Source: an uncultured Alphaproteobacteria bacterium
GTDB taxonomy: Bacteria; Pseudomonadota; Alphaproteobacteria; Rs-D84
Assembly (NCBI GenBank): GCA_947053455.1
Contig: CAMRSV010000003.1
Span: 1 to 64,000, forward strand
Length of the DNA stretch: 64,000 nucleotides
Direction of reading: 5' to 3'
Part shown: positions 29,347 to 38,596 of the stretch, piece after piece
Layout: every line of letters begins with the position of its first letter
Numbering within the stretch: the stretch's first letter is position 1
Translations under genes and position numbers: made by a program
Notes under the pieces: generated by a model
The model's database searches: none
What the model saw: the letters and a program-made list of their open reading frames with translations, nothing else
What the model was told of the DNA's origin: nothing

Positions 29347-29880
29347 TTACACTCTTTCGACCTGTTCAAATTCCAGTTCAACGCTGGTTTCACGACCGAA
29401 GACTAGAATTGTTACTGTCATTTTTTGCTTTACATTATCAACTTCGGATGCAACACCGTTGAACCCAGCAAATGGCCCATCAATAACATGAACTTCTTGA
29501 CCGACCTCATACTCAACATCGTCTGGCAGGAAACTACCCTCTTCCACCTGCTTTTGCAAGCGGCGTGCTTCTTCTTCGCTGACGGCGATTGGCTTATTTT
29601 TCGCCCCAAGGAACATAACAACCTGCGGCATTAGTTTTACCAACGAAAATGTTTCGTTGTCCATAACCATTTGAACAACAATGTACCCTGGGAAAAATTT
29701 GCGTTCCGCCTTGACACGTTTTCCGCCCTTGATTTCCACAACTTCGCGCGTCGGCACCAAAATTTCGCCGAACAGCGCGTTCAGGCGCCGCTTGTCAATT
29801 TGTTCACGCAGGTTCCGTGCAACCTTGTCTTCGCACCCGGTGTGAACATTAACTACAAACCACTGCATTTTGTCTTCCAT
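29347..29880 (-). CDS. nusG: Transcription termination/antitermination factor NusG
   Basis: WFVVNVHTGCE, FFPGYI, KOW DGPFAGF, FGRETSVEL. Confidence 0.97.
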   Translation of the reverse strand: MEDKMQWFVVNVHTGCEDKVARNLREQIDKRRLNALFGEILVPTREVVEIKGGKRVKAERKFFPGYIVVQMVMDNETFSLVKLMPQVVMFLGAKNKPIAVSEEEARRLQKQVEEGSFLPDDVEYEVGQEVHVIDGPFAGFNGVASEVDNVKQKMTVTILVFGRETSVELEFEQVERV

Positions 29881-29901
29881 ATGCGCATCCTTTGCCCGTG
29901 T

Positions 29902-30081
29902 TTAGAAAATCCAGCCAACAATTGCGTTCAGCGCACTGTCCACAACAAAAAAGAACAATGCCGCCAAACCAGAAAACACCAGAATCATTATCGTAGAACG
30001 AATTACGGTATCGCGCGACGGCCATACAATTTTAAACCATTCACTGCGTACCGATTTTATATATTCCAGTATTTTTTTCAT
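29902..30081 (-). CDS. secE: Preprotein translocase SecE; not in the ORF track
   Basis: Hand translation MKKILEYIKSVRSEWFKIVWPSRDTVIRSTIMILVFSGLAALFFFVVDSALNAIVGWIF; lies between tRNA-Trp and nusG. Confidence 0.95.
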   Translation of the reverse strand: MKKILEYIKSVRSEWFKIVWPSRDTVIRSTIMILVFSGLAALFFFVVDSALNAIVGWIF

Positions 30082-30117
30082 AAAAACTGCCTATCTATCC
30101 TGTTTACTTGGTCATCC

Positions 30118-30296
30118 TTGGCAGGGGCAGAAGGAATGTTCGGGACTGCACCCTCACCACTCGTATTGGTTTCGCTGCACTTTGCTTGCAAAACCTTACT
30201 CGTATGCGAACCCAACATCATTACCATTCAGGTTCGATTCCACCTTACTCCAACCATTCCAAATTAGCAAACCGTATTTCATGCGTTTTGCTAATT
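30118..30296 (-). repeat. tRNA-Trp-associated mini-element ending in a duplicated tRNA 3' end
   Basis: 20-bp direct repeat TTGGCAGGGGCAGAAGGAAT at 30118-30137 and 30296-30315; internal T-arm copies. Confidence 0.8.
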
Positions 30297-30370
30297 TGGC
30301 AGGGGCAGAAGGAATCGAACCCTCATCCGCGGTTTTGGAGACCGATATTCTACCGTTGAACTATGCCCCT
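30297..30370 (-). tRNA. tRNA-Trp(CCA)
   Basis: AGGGGCATAGTTCAACGGTAGAATATCGGTCTCCAAAACCGCGGATGAGGGTTCGATTCCTTCTGCCCCTGCCA. Confidence 0.97.
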
Positions 30371-30527
30371 AAAAAAGAACCAATTGCCTGCTATTTACAA
30401 CGCCGGGCCAATATAGTCTTGGACAAGATAGCACAGCATCACAAAAAATCAAGCGGAAAGTATTATAAGATTTTAATCGCGACAGCGCAAGCAAAATATG
30501 CAATAAATATTCAAAATCAAGCAGATA

Positions 30528-30592
30528 GTACTTGCGCGACATCAAGTACGCACACTTTTTACTTGCACGGCCCCTGCCTTTTTTTCTATGAT
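30528..30592 (+). promoter_or_regulatory. Palindromic operator and promoter upstream of virB8
   Basis: GTACTTG-N8-CAAGTAC (30528-30549), then TTGCAC-18-TATGAT (30563-30592). Confidence 0.5.
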
Positions 30593-30616
30593 TTACATAC
30601 TAGGAGAGAAAAAACC

Positions 30617-31294
30617 GTGCAAAACCGCATAGAACCGCCAGTTTTAGTATCACGCTTGATGACGTTTGTCTTGGCGGCGGCGCTGGTTGTATTAATGGCG
30701 CTGGGGTTAACATTGTATAAAATGTTCCCACTTAACCGGCCGGAAATATTTTTCCTGGCATCCCAGCCACGCGCTGATTTAGAGGTGCGGCTTATTGAAA
30801 TGCCACCAAACGATGAAAATTTGGCAAATTATAAAAAGGCTTTTATTCGTGAATATATCAAGGCGCGAAACGAGGTCGTGCCAAATGCAAAAATAATGCG
30901 TGAAAAATGGGCTAACAATCGTGATGGTGTCGTGCGAGTATGGTCTGATGATGCGGTATTTACGAAATTTATTCAAACGGACATGTGGAACGCCCAGATG
31001 AATAACATACCAGATTTTGAATTTTCATGCTCGGTTGAATTTCAAAACGGCGCAATATCACCATATTCAAACACTGATGATACATATATTGTAAATTTCC
31101 GTTATTTTTGTGCAGATAGTGATAGACAGATGGATAAAAAAGATTATAAAATAAAGGTAAAGCTGGAAACAACAGACGGCGAAAAAATGAAATGGGCCGA
31201 CCGGTTGGAAAATCCGTTGGGAATACGCGTAACGGAATATAAGGTGGAATCAGGAAACGGTGACCCACTGGACACTGGTTTCTTGCCCAACTAA
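30617..31294 (+). CDS. virB8: T4SS VirB8-family protein
   Basis: GTG start after AGGAG; single N-terminal TM; FIREYIKARN; signature RLENPLGIRVTEY. Confidence 0.85.
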   Translation: MQNRIEPPVLVSRLMTFVLAAALVVLMALGLTLYKMFPLNRPEIFFLASQPRADLEVRLIEMPPNDENLANYKKAFIREYIKARNEVVPNAKIMREKWANNRDGVVRVWSDDAVFTKFIQTDMWNAQMNNIPDFEFSCSVEFQNGAISPYSNTDDTYIVNFRYFCADSDRQMDKKDYKIKVKLETTDGEKMKWADRLENPLGIRVTEYKVESGNGDPLDTGFLPN

Positions 31295-31311
31295 TTGATT
31301 TAGAAAGGATT

Positions 31312-32859
31312 ATGGACATGAGTTTTTCAAAAGCGTTCAAATTAAATGTATCCTTGCTGTGCATCGGTATGCTATGCTTTGCAGCACCGGCATTTGCCGA
31401 AGATTATGGCATACAAGAGGCATGGGACAACCCACATGCCAACATGGCCAGCGGCAGCAGTAAGCCAGGATACGCCCAATTATCCTGGACCAAGGGCAGC
31501 GTTTTGCCAATAAAACTGCGCAACGGCATGGTTACAATGGTGACGCTGCCTAATGGCGAACAAATTCAAGATGCAGTTATTGGTAACACAGGTCTTTTCA
31601 CAATTCAGGACGCCGTCCAGGGTGGACGTACAATGATGATAAGCCCACAGCCCGCCGTCCAAGGTGGTGATACAAACATGATTGTAACGGGCAAATCTGG
31701 AAATACGTATGTTTTTTACCTGCGCGCGGAACCTGCAAATTCCAGTGAAATCACATACTCGCAGGTTGATATCGTTTTGGACGGTAATACCACATTGCCC
31801 AGCACAGGAACCAGTGCCACGACAGCGTCCGGCGGAATGAATTCAATATTTGCAAAAAAATCTGCGGCATCAAACACAGTTGGCGTTGACGGCGAAGATT
31901 ATGGATGGATAAAGTCAATGAAAATCGACCCGTCCGAATTCCGCTTTGATTTGGATATTTTTGTTCCAAACCCAGATGATTATGTAATTGCACCGGAACG
32001 CGTATGGCGCGACAGAATATTTACCTATATCGACTTTGGCGACAAGGTTATCGCCATGACACAACGCCCGGTGGTATCGCTTTTGGTCGAAGGCGGCGAA
32101 TCCCCAGTTGGATTCCGCACCGACGGCGAAGATGGCCGTCTGTTGATAGTAGAGGCGGTTGGCGACATGGTTTTGCGCAGCGGCCAGCGTATTGTATGTA
32201 TTAAAAAACGTGAAAAGCCGTTCCTGATTGCAGATACAGCATCCGTCATGGCACTGGCCGAGGCTAATGTTGCACAATCTATAATGTCGGGACAATCATT
32301 GAACAACATTGCCTATCAAATGGATATTAATGCAATAAATGCCGCCGGCACAAATTATACCGGGACACCAATATTCATGGGTCAAGGCGCCAACAGCACC
32401 ACCGGCGCAGGCTACTATATGCCCGCAGGATATGGTAAAACGATGACGGAAACAGTCATGGGTGGCGGCACGTCCGGTGTGACAATGATGCCAACACAAA
32501 GATTGACTGCGGGTTCATATCTGCCACAAACAAATATACCGTTGATTACCAGCAATCAGACCGGGGTTGCCGTGGAACTAAAGTCCGATACGTCGGTCAA
32601 GGCACTGGATGATTACTGGACGGGACTATTGGCGAAATTCAGCGGCGAAAATGGTCAAGGTCTGCTAACGCCGTACAAAGACATGGTATTCTTTGCGGTT
32701 GACGAACAGGGGGTCGGCGATTTAGGTTCCGGCGCATCAACGGCGCGCCTGTACCGTTTACGTATAGGGCCAATGACCGACATAGACTCTGCGCAATCAC
32801 TGTGCGACCAATTGCTAAAATTCAGCGGCGCCAGTTGCCATGTAGTAAGAATCCAGTAA
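31312..32859 (+). CDS. virB9: T4SS VirB9/TrbG-family protein with C-terminal SPOR domain
   Basis: Signal peptide; TMVTLPNGEQI, DTNMIV...YVFYL, APERVWRDRIFTYIDF, MVLRSGQRIVCI; C-terminal YRLRIGP...AQSLCDQL...SCHVV (SPOR-like). Confidence 0.85.
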   Translation: MDMSFSKAFKLNVSLLCIGMLCFAAPAFAEDYGIQEAWDNPHANMASGSSKPGYAQLSWTKGSVLPIKLRNGMVTMVTLPNGEQIQDAVIGNTGLFTIQDAVQGGRTMMISPQPAVQGGDTNMIVTGKSGNTYVFYLRAEPANSSEITYSQVDIVLDGNTTLPSTGTSATTASGGMNSIFAKKSAASNTVGVDGEDYGWIKSMKIDPSEFRFDLDIFVPNPDDYVIAPERVWRDRIFTYIDFGDKVIAMTQRPVVSLLVEGGESPVGFRTDGEDGRLLIVEAVGDMVLRSGQRIVCIKKREKPFLIADTASVMALAEANVAQSIMSGQSLNNIAYQMDINAINAAGTNYTGTPIFMGQGANSTTGAGYYMPAGYGKTMTETVMGGGTSGVTMMPTQRLTAGSYLPQTNIPLITSNQTGVAVELKSDTSVKALDDYWTGLLAKFSGENGQGLLTPYKDMVFFAVDEQGVGDLGSGASTARLYRLRIGPMTDIDSAQSLCDQLLKFSGASCHVVRIQ

Positions 32860-32882
32860 TCCAATCACGCGGCGGATAAAGT

Positions 32883-35261
32883 ATGATAAAAATAAAGCAA
32901 CAATTTTCAGATTTGCGCAAAACAACGCCAAAGCATATTCAGTGGCTGCTGCTGGCGGCGGCGTTCATTGTGGTGCTGATATTGTTGACACTGTTGCTGA
33001 CCGGTGGCCGGAACAAGGAAACCATTCAAAACACAGATGACATTCCGGTAAAATTAAACATAACGCCGGACGTAATTGACTGGGCAGACACACCAGTTGA
33101 TGAACGTCGTACGGAAACAATAAAAGTATCGGCTAACGGCCCGGTAAAAATCATGGCTGTGCGTGATACAAAAAGCATATCCGGATTTGAACACAAAGAA
33201 ACATGTCCAAACATGGGCGAGATTAACGATAAAATCTCGTGCACGATAACTGTGGATTATGTGCCCACCGCCGCCGCCACCGCCGAAGGAAACACTATGT
33301 TTATTGACTGGCGTGGCGCCAACGAATCCGATGCAATGGTGCGCACAGATAAAATTATCGTTACACTGGGCGCGGTCGCACCCGCGGCGCCGGTAAATTT
33401 TATAGAGCCCGAACCAGAACCGGAAATTGTTGTACCAGAACCCATTCCGGAACCAGCGCCGATAAAATCTGAAATTGTGCGCGAAATTGAAACAATTGCA
33501 CCATCTGACCCGTTTGCAGATAACAATGATGATGATGATGATTTTATTATCACCGAAACCGTGCAACCTTTGCCACCGGTTTCATCCCCGGTCACAAACA
33601 CGCCGGCACGTGCAGAGACATGTTCTGACTTTGCATTTGCGGGTTACAATTCAACCGGCAATCAAATTGGCTGGATAAAGCCCGAAGGTGGCGCATATTA
33701 TTTTCATCCATTTTCTGATAAAAACTGCGATACACCGACTGGAATTTACAACCCGGACAATGGCATAATTACATCAATTGACGGGTCAGGTCAAAAAATC
33801 GGTACTGATGCGGAACACATTGGTCAAACAACAATTTCGTTAAATGGAACGATTCCGCAGCTGTCTAATGCGCCGGCTATAAAAAAGGTAAACCGTGCAC
33901 GGCAATTAACCACCGAAGAATTATCCACAACCACATTGAATGAAGGTATGGGTCAGGTTCTGTTGGCGCCAGCGCCCGTGGACGTAAGTTTTAATTCTAG
34001 CGGCGATACCGTCCAAAATACGCAGCCGTTTGACCGTTCATTTATACTGCGTCAATATAAACCCATTCCGGCAACAATTGTTTCGGATATTCGCGCCGAT
34101 GTAGAAGCGTTAAAAAACAATACACTGCCGGTTCGTGCAACTGTTGACCGCAATGTTTATGCCGATAATGGTCGCACGGTAATTATACCGGCCGGCACCC
34201 TATTGATGGGCTATGTAACTGGCACATTGCCGGGACCATATACCACAATTGGGCGTATGGATATACGTTGGTATCAGTTTATATTGCCCAGTGGGGTTGA
34301 ATTTAATTTCCAAGAAGGTCAAGATCCGTTTTCCGCAGACGCCCAGGGACGCACCGGTGTTCCCGGCCGCGGCAGCACCGATTATCTGGAACAGTTTGTT
34401 ATGCCGATGTTAACGGCGATTGTTCCGGCGGCGGTAAACATGATTGCGCCCGTCGCGGACAAGTTTGTTAATCAGATTGATTTGGACAATAACACTGTGG
34501 TGCAAAGCGGTACACTGCGTTCATCGGAATTAGCTAAAAATGAAATTATCACTGCTTGGAATCAGGTGGCACAGAAATTGATGGTTGATATGATGGAAAA
34601 TACAGTACCGCCGTTTTCAATCGCGGCCGGTACACGCATAACTGTATACTCACCCGTTGATTTGCAGGTAACATGCGGCACAGCAACAGAAAATCCGGGT
34701 AAAAAATGTGCAATAACAGAATACAGCAGCAACAGACGCCGCAACGTCCAAAATAACGCCATTCCAGATTACGAAGACGGTTCATGGGTCGGCCAGGTTC
34801 GTTCATTTAATTGGGCGCAATATTGCGAAGGGTATGCCAACGGAAGATTATCTGATGAACAAACACAGGCCGTGTATGATGCCGGCTTGGATTACAGTTC
34901 AGTTCTGTTCTATTGCCAATCTAATCAATACAAGGCGATAAACAACGCCCGCCAGGACGCACTGTTCAAAAATCAGAAGTCAGCCAGCAACCAAAACAGC
35001 GTTGTCAGCATGGGCGGTGTGGGAACAACAGCATACAATGAAAATGTTCTTGGGTTGCAGTATGCAGACGAAGATAAAACACAAATTGTGAACCCGTTTT
35101 TGCAATTGCCAACAGAAGAAGCCCCCACGATAACATGCGAAGATGGTGCCAATCCAGATGCAAACGGTTGCTGCACCGGTGAAATATATACAGATATGGG
35201 CGACCAGGGATTCAATTGCTGCCCGGAAACCGGAGGTGATTGTTTTCCGCCGATACAATAA
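32883..35261 (+). CDS. virB10: T4SS VirB10/TrbI-family protein with extra N-terminal Ig-like and C-terminal Cys-rich domains
   Basis: TM anchor; PE-rich linker; IPATIVSDI, VRATVDRNVY..NGRTVIIPAGT.LMG, DAQGRTGVPG, PPFSIAAGTRITV. Confidence 0.85.
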   Translation: MIKIKQQFSDLRKTTPKHIQWLLLAAAFIVVLILLTLLLTGGRNKETIQNTDDIPVKLNITPDVIDWADTPVDERRTETIKVSANGPVKIMAVRDTKSISGFEHKETCPNMGEINDKISCTITVDYVPTAAATAEGNTMFIDWRGANESDAMVRTDKIIVTLGAVAPAAPVNFIEPEPEPEIVVPEPIPEPAPIKSEIVREIETIAPSDPFADNNDDDDDFIITETVQPLPPVSSPVTNTPARAETCSDFAFAGYNSTGNQIGWIKPEGGAYYFHPFSDKNCDTPTGIYNPDNGIITSIDGSGQKIGTDAEHIGQTTISLNGTIPQLSNAPAIKKVNRARQLTTEELSTTTLNEGMGQVLLAPAPVDVSFNSSGDTVQNTQPFDRSFILRQYKPIPATIVSDIRADVEALKNNTLPVRATVDRNVYADNGRTVIIPAGTLLMGYVTGTLPGPYTTIGRMDIRWYQFILPSGVEFNFQEGQDPFSADAQGRTGVPGRGSTDYLEQFVMPMLTAIVPAAVNMIAPVADKFVNQIDLDNNTVVQSGTLRSSELAKNEIITAWNQVAQKLMVDMMENTVPPFSIAAGTRITVYSPVDLQVTCGTATENPGKKCAITEYSSNRRRNVQNNAIPDYEDGSWVGQVRSFNWAQYCEGYANGRLSDEQTQAVYDAGLDYSSVLFYCQSNQYKAINNARQDALFKNQKSASNQNSVVSMGGVGTTAYNENVLGLQYADEDKTQIVNPFLQLPTEEAPTITCEDGANPDANGCCTGEIYTDMGDQGFNCCPETGGDCFPPIQ

Positions 35262-35575
35262 CATGAATCCCCGCACATCGTGGGGATTTTTTAATATAAC
35301 CGTGGGAGGGGGGTTGAAAAAATAAATAAATGATTTATATATATTCATGCATTCGGTACGCATATTCGCGTGCCGTTTTTATTATATGCCAATTTGTACC
35401 GCCTTGAAAAACGCGATTTTTTGCGATTCGTGCACATATGCACAAAAGCGACCAACGAATCGAAAAACATAATCGTATTTCAACCATTGGTTGTAATATT
35501 TTACAGCCTTCAATTCTTGCTCTATACCAAAAGAACAACCTGTCATAAATAATCTAAACACAAAGGAGGGATAAT

Positions 35576-35920
35576 ATGACACAAAAAGAAGCCGTACTAA
35601 ACAATTCGGAAAAATTTCAAAATGCCGAACAATTGTGGTTTTGGTTTCTGTATTCAAAATCTGTTCAGCATGGTTTTGTACGGAATTTTGGACATGCAAC
35701 TCGTAGACCCTGCGAATTATTGGATGTTGAAACGCTGATAACAAAATTGTATTTATCAGGACGGCTAAATGACGAACAATTGGCAGTAATGAAAAAGTTC
35801 GGTGACCGTCGACGTGCGCCACATCAGCATATTTGGCATGAAAATCGTGCCGCGGACTTATGGCGCCGCGCAATGGAAACATTGAACACGGCATTCACCC
35901 AGCAGGGATGGATTGAATAA
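35576..35920 (+). CDS. Conserved alphaproteobacterial hypothetical protein
   Basis: AAGGAGGG RBS; motif F.NAEQLWFW...RPCE..DV....KLY..GRL...W..AM..L......GWI recalled from Rhodospirillales hypotheticals. Confidence 0.75.
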   Translation: MTQKEAVLNNSEKFQNAEQLWFWFLYSKSVQHGFVRNFGHATRRPCELLDVETLITKLYLSGRLNDEQLAVMKKFGDRRRAPHQHIWHENRAADLWRRAMETLNTAFTQQGWIE

Positions 35921-35996
35921 AAAAATCGGCAAACGGCATCCGGCGGGGAGATACGAATGCCCGCGCCTATTACAAAAACATATGGGAATATCTAAC

Positions 35997-36353
35997 ATGA
36001 TTATTATTGCATTTTCATTAAATACATCAAAAATATTACCACGAATTTTTTGCAGACACTTTCGACACTGTGCGGTGATTATACCACAAATAGGGGCGCA
36101 CTCGGAACTGCATCTGTATCAATTTCTGCGGCGCAAGCAGATTGCGCGATTATCTCTCAAATGCCGCGATATAAACGTGCTGCGCGGCCATGGATGGCGC
36201 TTTTTATATATACCGGGCGACATCACTGTGCCAAAAGATGCAATGCGCGCCATGACATGCGTAAATTTCACAAAACGGGTAATCGGAATGCATGCACCAC
36301 TTGTACAAACGCCGGATGCCCTGTACCGGCGATTAATTTACATGCTTAAATAA
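35997..36353 (+). CDS. Putative permuted papain-like (NlpC/P60-type) amidase
   Basis: His before Cys: FRHCAV...MTCVNFTKRVIG...TPDALYRRL. Confidence 0.6.
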   Translation: MIIIAFSLNTSKILPRIFCRHFRHCAVIIPQIGAHSELHLYQFLRRKQIARLSLKCRDINVLRGHGWRFLYIPGDITVPKDAMRAMTCVNFTKRVIGMHAPLVQTPDALYRRLIYMLK

Positions 36354-36377
36354 AAAATCCCCCAAACGGGGGATTTT

Positions 36378-37961
36378 TTATTTCGCCGTGCGCATTTTTA
36401 TTATGTACATTTGGACAATGGCCAATATATTTGACACAGTCCAATATAACACCAATCCAGCCGGCATCCAGGCAAACATGACTGTAAACAAAACTGGCAT
36501 CCATTTCATTGCCTTTTGCGTTTGGGCAACCGGGTCATTTCCGGCATTTTTGTTTGAACTTGCAGACTGCAAATACTGCTGCAGCCACATTGTCGCACCC
36601 ATCAATATCGGCAATATGAAATATGGATCCATCGCAGCCAAATCTGAAATCCAGAGGAAATGCGCGCTGCGCATCTGGACAGAGACCAACAGCGCCTTGT
36701 ACAATGCAAAGAATATCGGTATCTGAATCAGCATCGGTAGACATCCGGACATCGGCGATGTCTTGTGTGTCTGATACAAGCGCATCATCTCCATCTGCAT
36801 GCGCGGCTTGTCATTGGCGTACAGTTTTTGAATTCGTGCCATTTCAGGCTGCATTTTCTGCATTGCCATCATTGACGTATAAGATTTGCGCGTTACCGGC
36901 CACAAAATCAGTCGCAGCAACACTGTCATCAAAATAATCGCAATACCATAATTGTGAACAAACGAATTAAACATATTAATCAACCAAAGCATCGGTCGCG
37001 CCAAGAACCAGAACCAACCGTAATCCATTGTTTCATCAATTCCGGCAATATGCTGTGCGGCCGCAGACAACGCATCCTGTGAACGCGGGCCGGTGTAAAT
37101 ATTCGTGATAATTGTATCCTTCGCCCCAGGGGCAATTGTGACCGCACCCGCCGCCGCGTCGGCAACAAACTTATCACCTGCACCCTTTACACGAATCGTC
37201 TGATCCGGGCGGGAAATGGATGCAATTGTTTCCCAATACTGGTCGGCAAAACCTGTAAAACCATTAATGGTTGAATACGCATAGGATTTATTTTCCAACT
37301 TGCGCCAATCACGATATTCAACATCGGAATTTATAAAAGACACCGCACCGGTTTTAACGCCCGCTGATGATTTATCGGCCGCCCCCCGCACAATACGCGC
37401 ATATGGCGCAAATGTTGCGGGTACCTTGGAATTATTTTTTATTTCATCGGTGACAATTATAACATAATCTTCAATAAATATGCTGCGTGTAAATTGAACA
37501 CCAGACGCATCACGCCATGTCATTTTATCCGGTGTGCCACGCCATTTGACATCGACCCCGGGCGCCGCGACGCCCGTCGCGATATAGCCAACTTCTGCAT
37601 AGTCACCCGCCGCCCCCAGAAGTGACACACGTGCACCATTTAAATCTTTAGCCGACGCCGCAAAATCTGATAATTTTACATCATGTATACGCAGTCCCTG
37701 AACGCTGGCCGATAATTTATTGGAGGATACCTGATATACGGGCACATTGGTCAAATCTATGGCGTCAACATTCGTATCAACAAAATCAGTCGGTGGCGTA
37801 GGTGAAACCCACCACCCGATTATCAGCCATGCCGCAATCAGCATTATAAACCACCACCACATGCCGCCAATACGCGAAGACGCCTTTGATGGCTGCGTCG
37901 CATTCTTATTTGCGTTCCACATGTTGAATCCTGAATTATTATTGTTCATATATTTTACCAT
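36378..37961 (-). CDS. yidC: Membrane protein insertase YidC
   Basis: DYGWFWFLARP, NYGIAII, SGCLPMLIQIPIFFALY, WISDLAAMDP, PAGLVLYW. Confidence 0.97.
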   Translation of the reverse strand: MVKYMNNNNSGFNMWNANKNATQPSKASSRIGGMWWWFIMLIAAWLIIGWWVSPTPPTDFVDTNVDAIDLTNVPVYQVSSNKLSASVQGLRIHDVKLSDFAASAKDLNGARVSLLGAAGDYAEVGYIATGVAAPGVDVKWRGTPDKMTWRDASGVQFTRSIFIEDYVIIVTDEIKNNSKVPATFAPYARIVRGAADKSSAGVKTGAVSFINSDVEYRDWRKLENKSYAYSTINGFTGFADQYWETIASISRPDQTIRVKGAGDKFVADAAAGAVTIAPGAKDTIITNIYTGPRSQDALSAAAQHIAGIDETMDYGWFWFLARPMLWLINMFNSFVHNYGIAIILMTVLLRLILWPVTRKSYTSMMAMQKMQPEMARIQKLYANDKPRMQMEMMRLYQTHKTSPMSGCLPMLIQIPIFFALYKALLVSVQMRSAHFLWISDLAAMDPYFILPILMGATMWLQQYLQSASSNKNAGNDPVAQTQKAMKWMPVLFTVMFAWMPAGLVLYWTVSNILAIVQMYIIKMRTAK

Positions 37962-37963
37962 GA

Positions 37964-38500
37964 TTATTTTCCACCCTTTTGTGCAATTAATTTTTTACGA
38001 CGCGCCATCCACCAATTAAACAAATAAAGTCCAACGCCCACGCAAATACAAATATCAGCCACATTAAACGCCGGCCAATGATATCCCCAAATGTGAAAAT
38101 CCAGAAAATCTATCACCGCCCCAAAGCGTATCCGGTCAATCAGATTTCCAATCGCCCCACCCGCAATTAGCGCCAATGCCGTACGTTCATGCACGTCCCC
38201 ACGGCGGAACATATAATACAAAATAAACCCTATAATTGCACCCGTGGCAAATATTATTATAAACGGCGCGGTTTCCCCCAGTACGCGAAACATTGAAAAC
38301 GATGCGCCCGGATTCCATGTGAAGACAATATTAAATACATCGCACACGTGCGCCATTATGTATGAAAACGGCACCAGATTAAGCGCCGCGCCAAACGTTG
38401 GCACCCGCCCCAAAATCAGATACAGCAAAATACCCTTGGTCAATTGGTCAATTGCAATAACGCCCAATATTATAGCTAAATATTTAAATACTTTTTTCAT
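37964..38500 (-). CDS. lspA: Lipoprotein signal peptidase II
   Basis: IDQLTK, WNPGASFS, GGAIGNLIDR, VIDF, WPAFNVAD. Confidence 0.96.
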   Translation of the reverse strand: MKKVFKYLAIILGVIAIDQLTKGILLYLILGRVPTFGAALNLVPFSYIMAHVCDVFNIVFTWNPGASFSMFRVLGETAPFIIIFATGAIIGFILYYMFRRGDVHERTALALIAGGAIGNLIDRIRFGAVIDFLDFHIWGYHWPAFNVADICICVGVGLYLFNWWMARRKKLIAQKGGK

Positions 38501-38596
38501 CTTTTTCCCCATGTGAAAAAAATATAGCAGGCATGACCCTCAAAAGCAAATAAAATGTCCCGGCGACCCGGGACAAAAACAACGTAAAGGTTAACA

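Noticed and set aside
18241-29634. Many long plus-strand ORFs opposite rpoBC and r-protein genes
   Set aside because: Antisense shadows of highly biased coding sequence, with no motifs or RBS.
30182-30616. N-terminal extension of the 370-aa ORF in the track
   Set aside because: It runs antisense through tRNA-Trp and the promoter; the likely virB8 start is GTG 30617 after AGGAG.
30118-35261. virB genes as an ICE integrated at tRNA-Trp
   Set aside because: The duplicated tRNA 3' end lies on the secE side and encloses only ~160 bp. The virB genes are on the tRNA 5' side, and there is no integrase or relaxase.
35382-35894. 170-aa minus-strand ORF
   Set aside because: Antisense to the better-supported 35576..35920 gene, which has a strong RBS and a recognisable motif.
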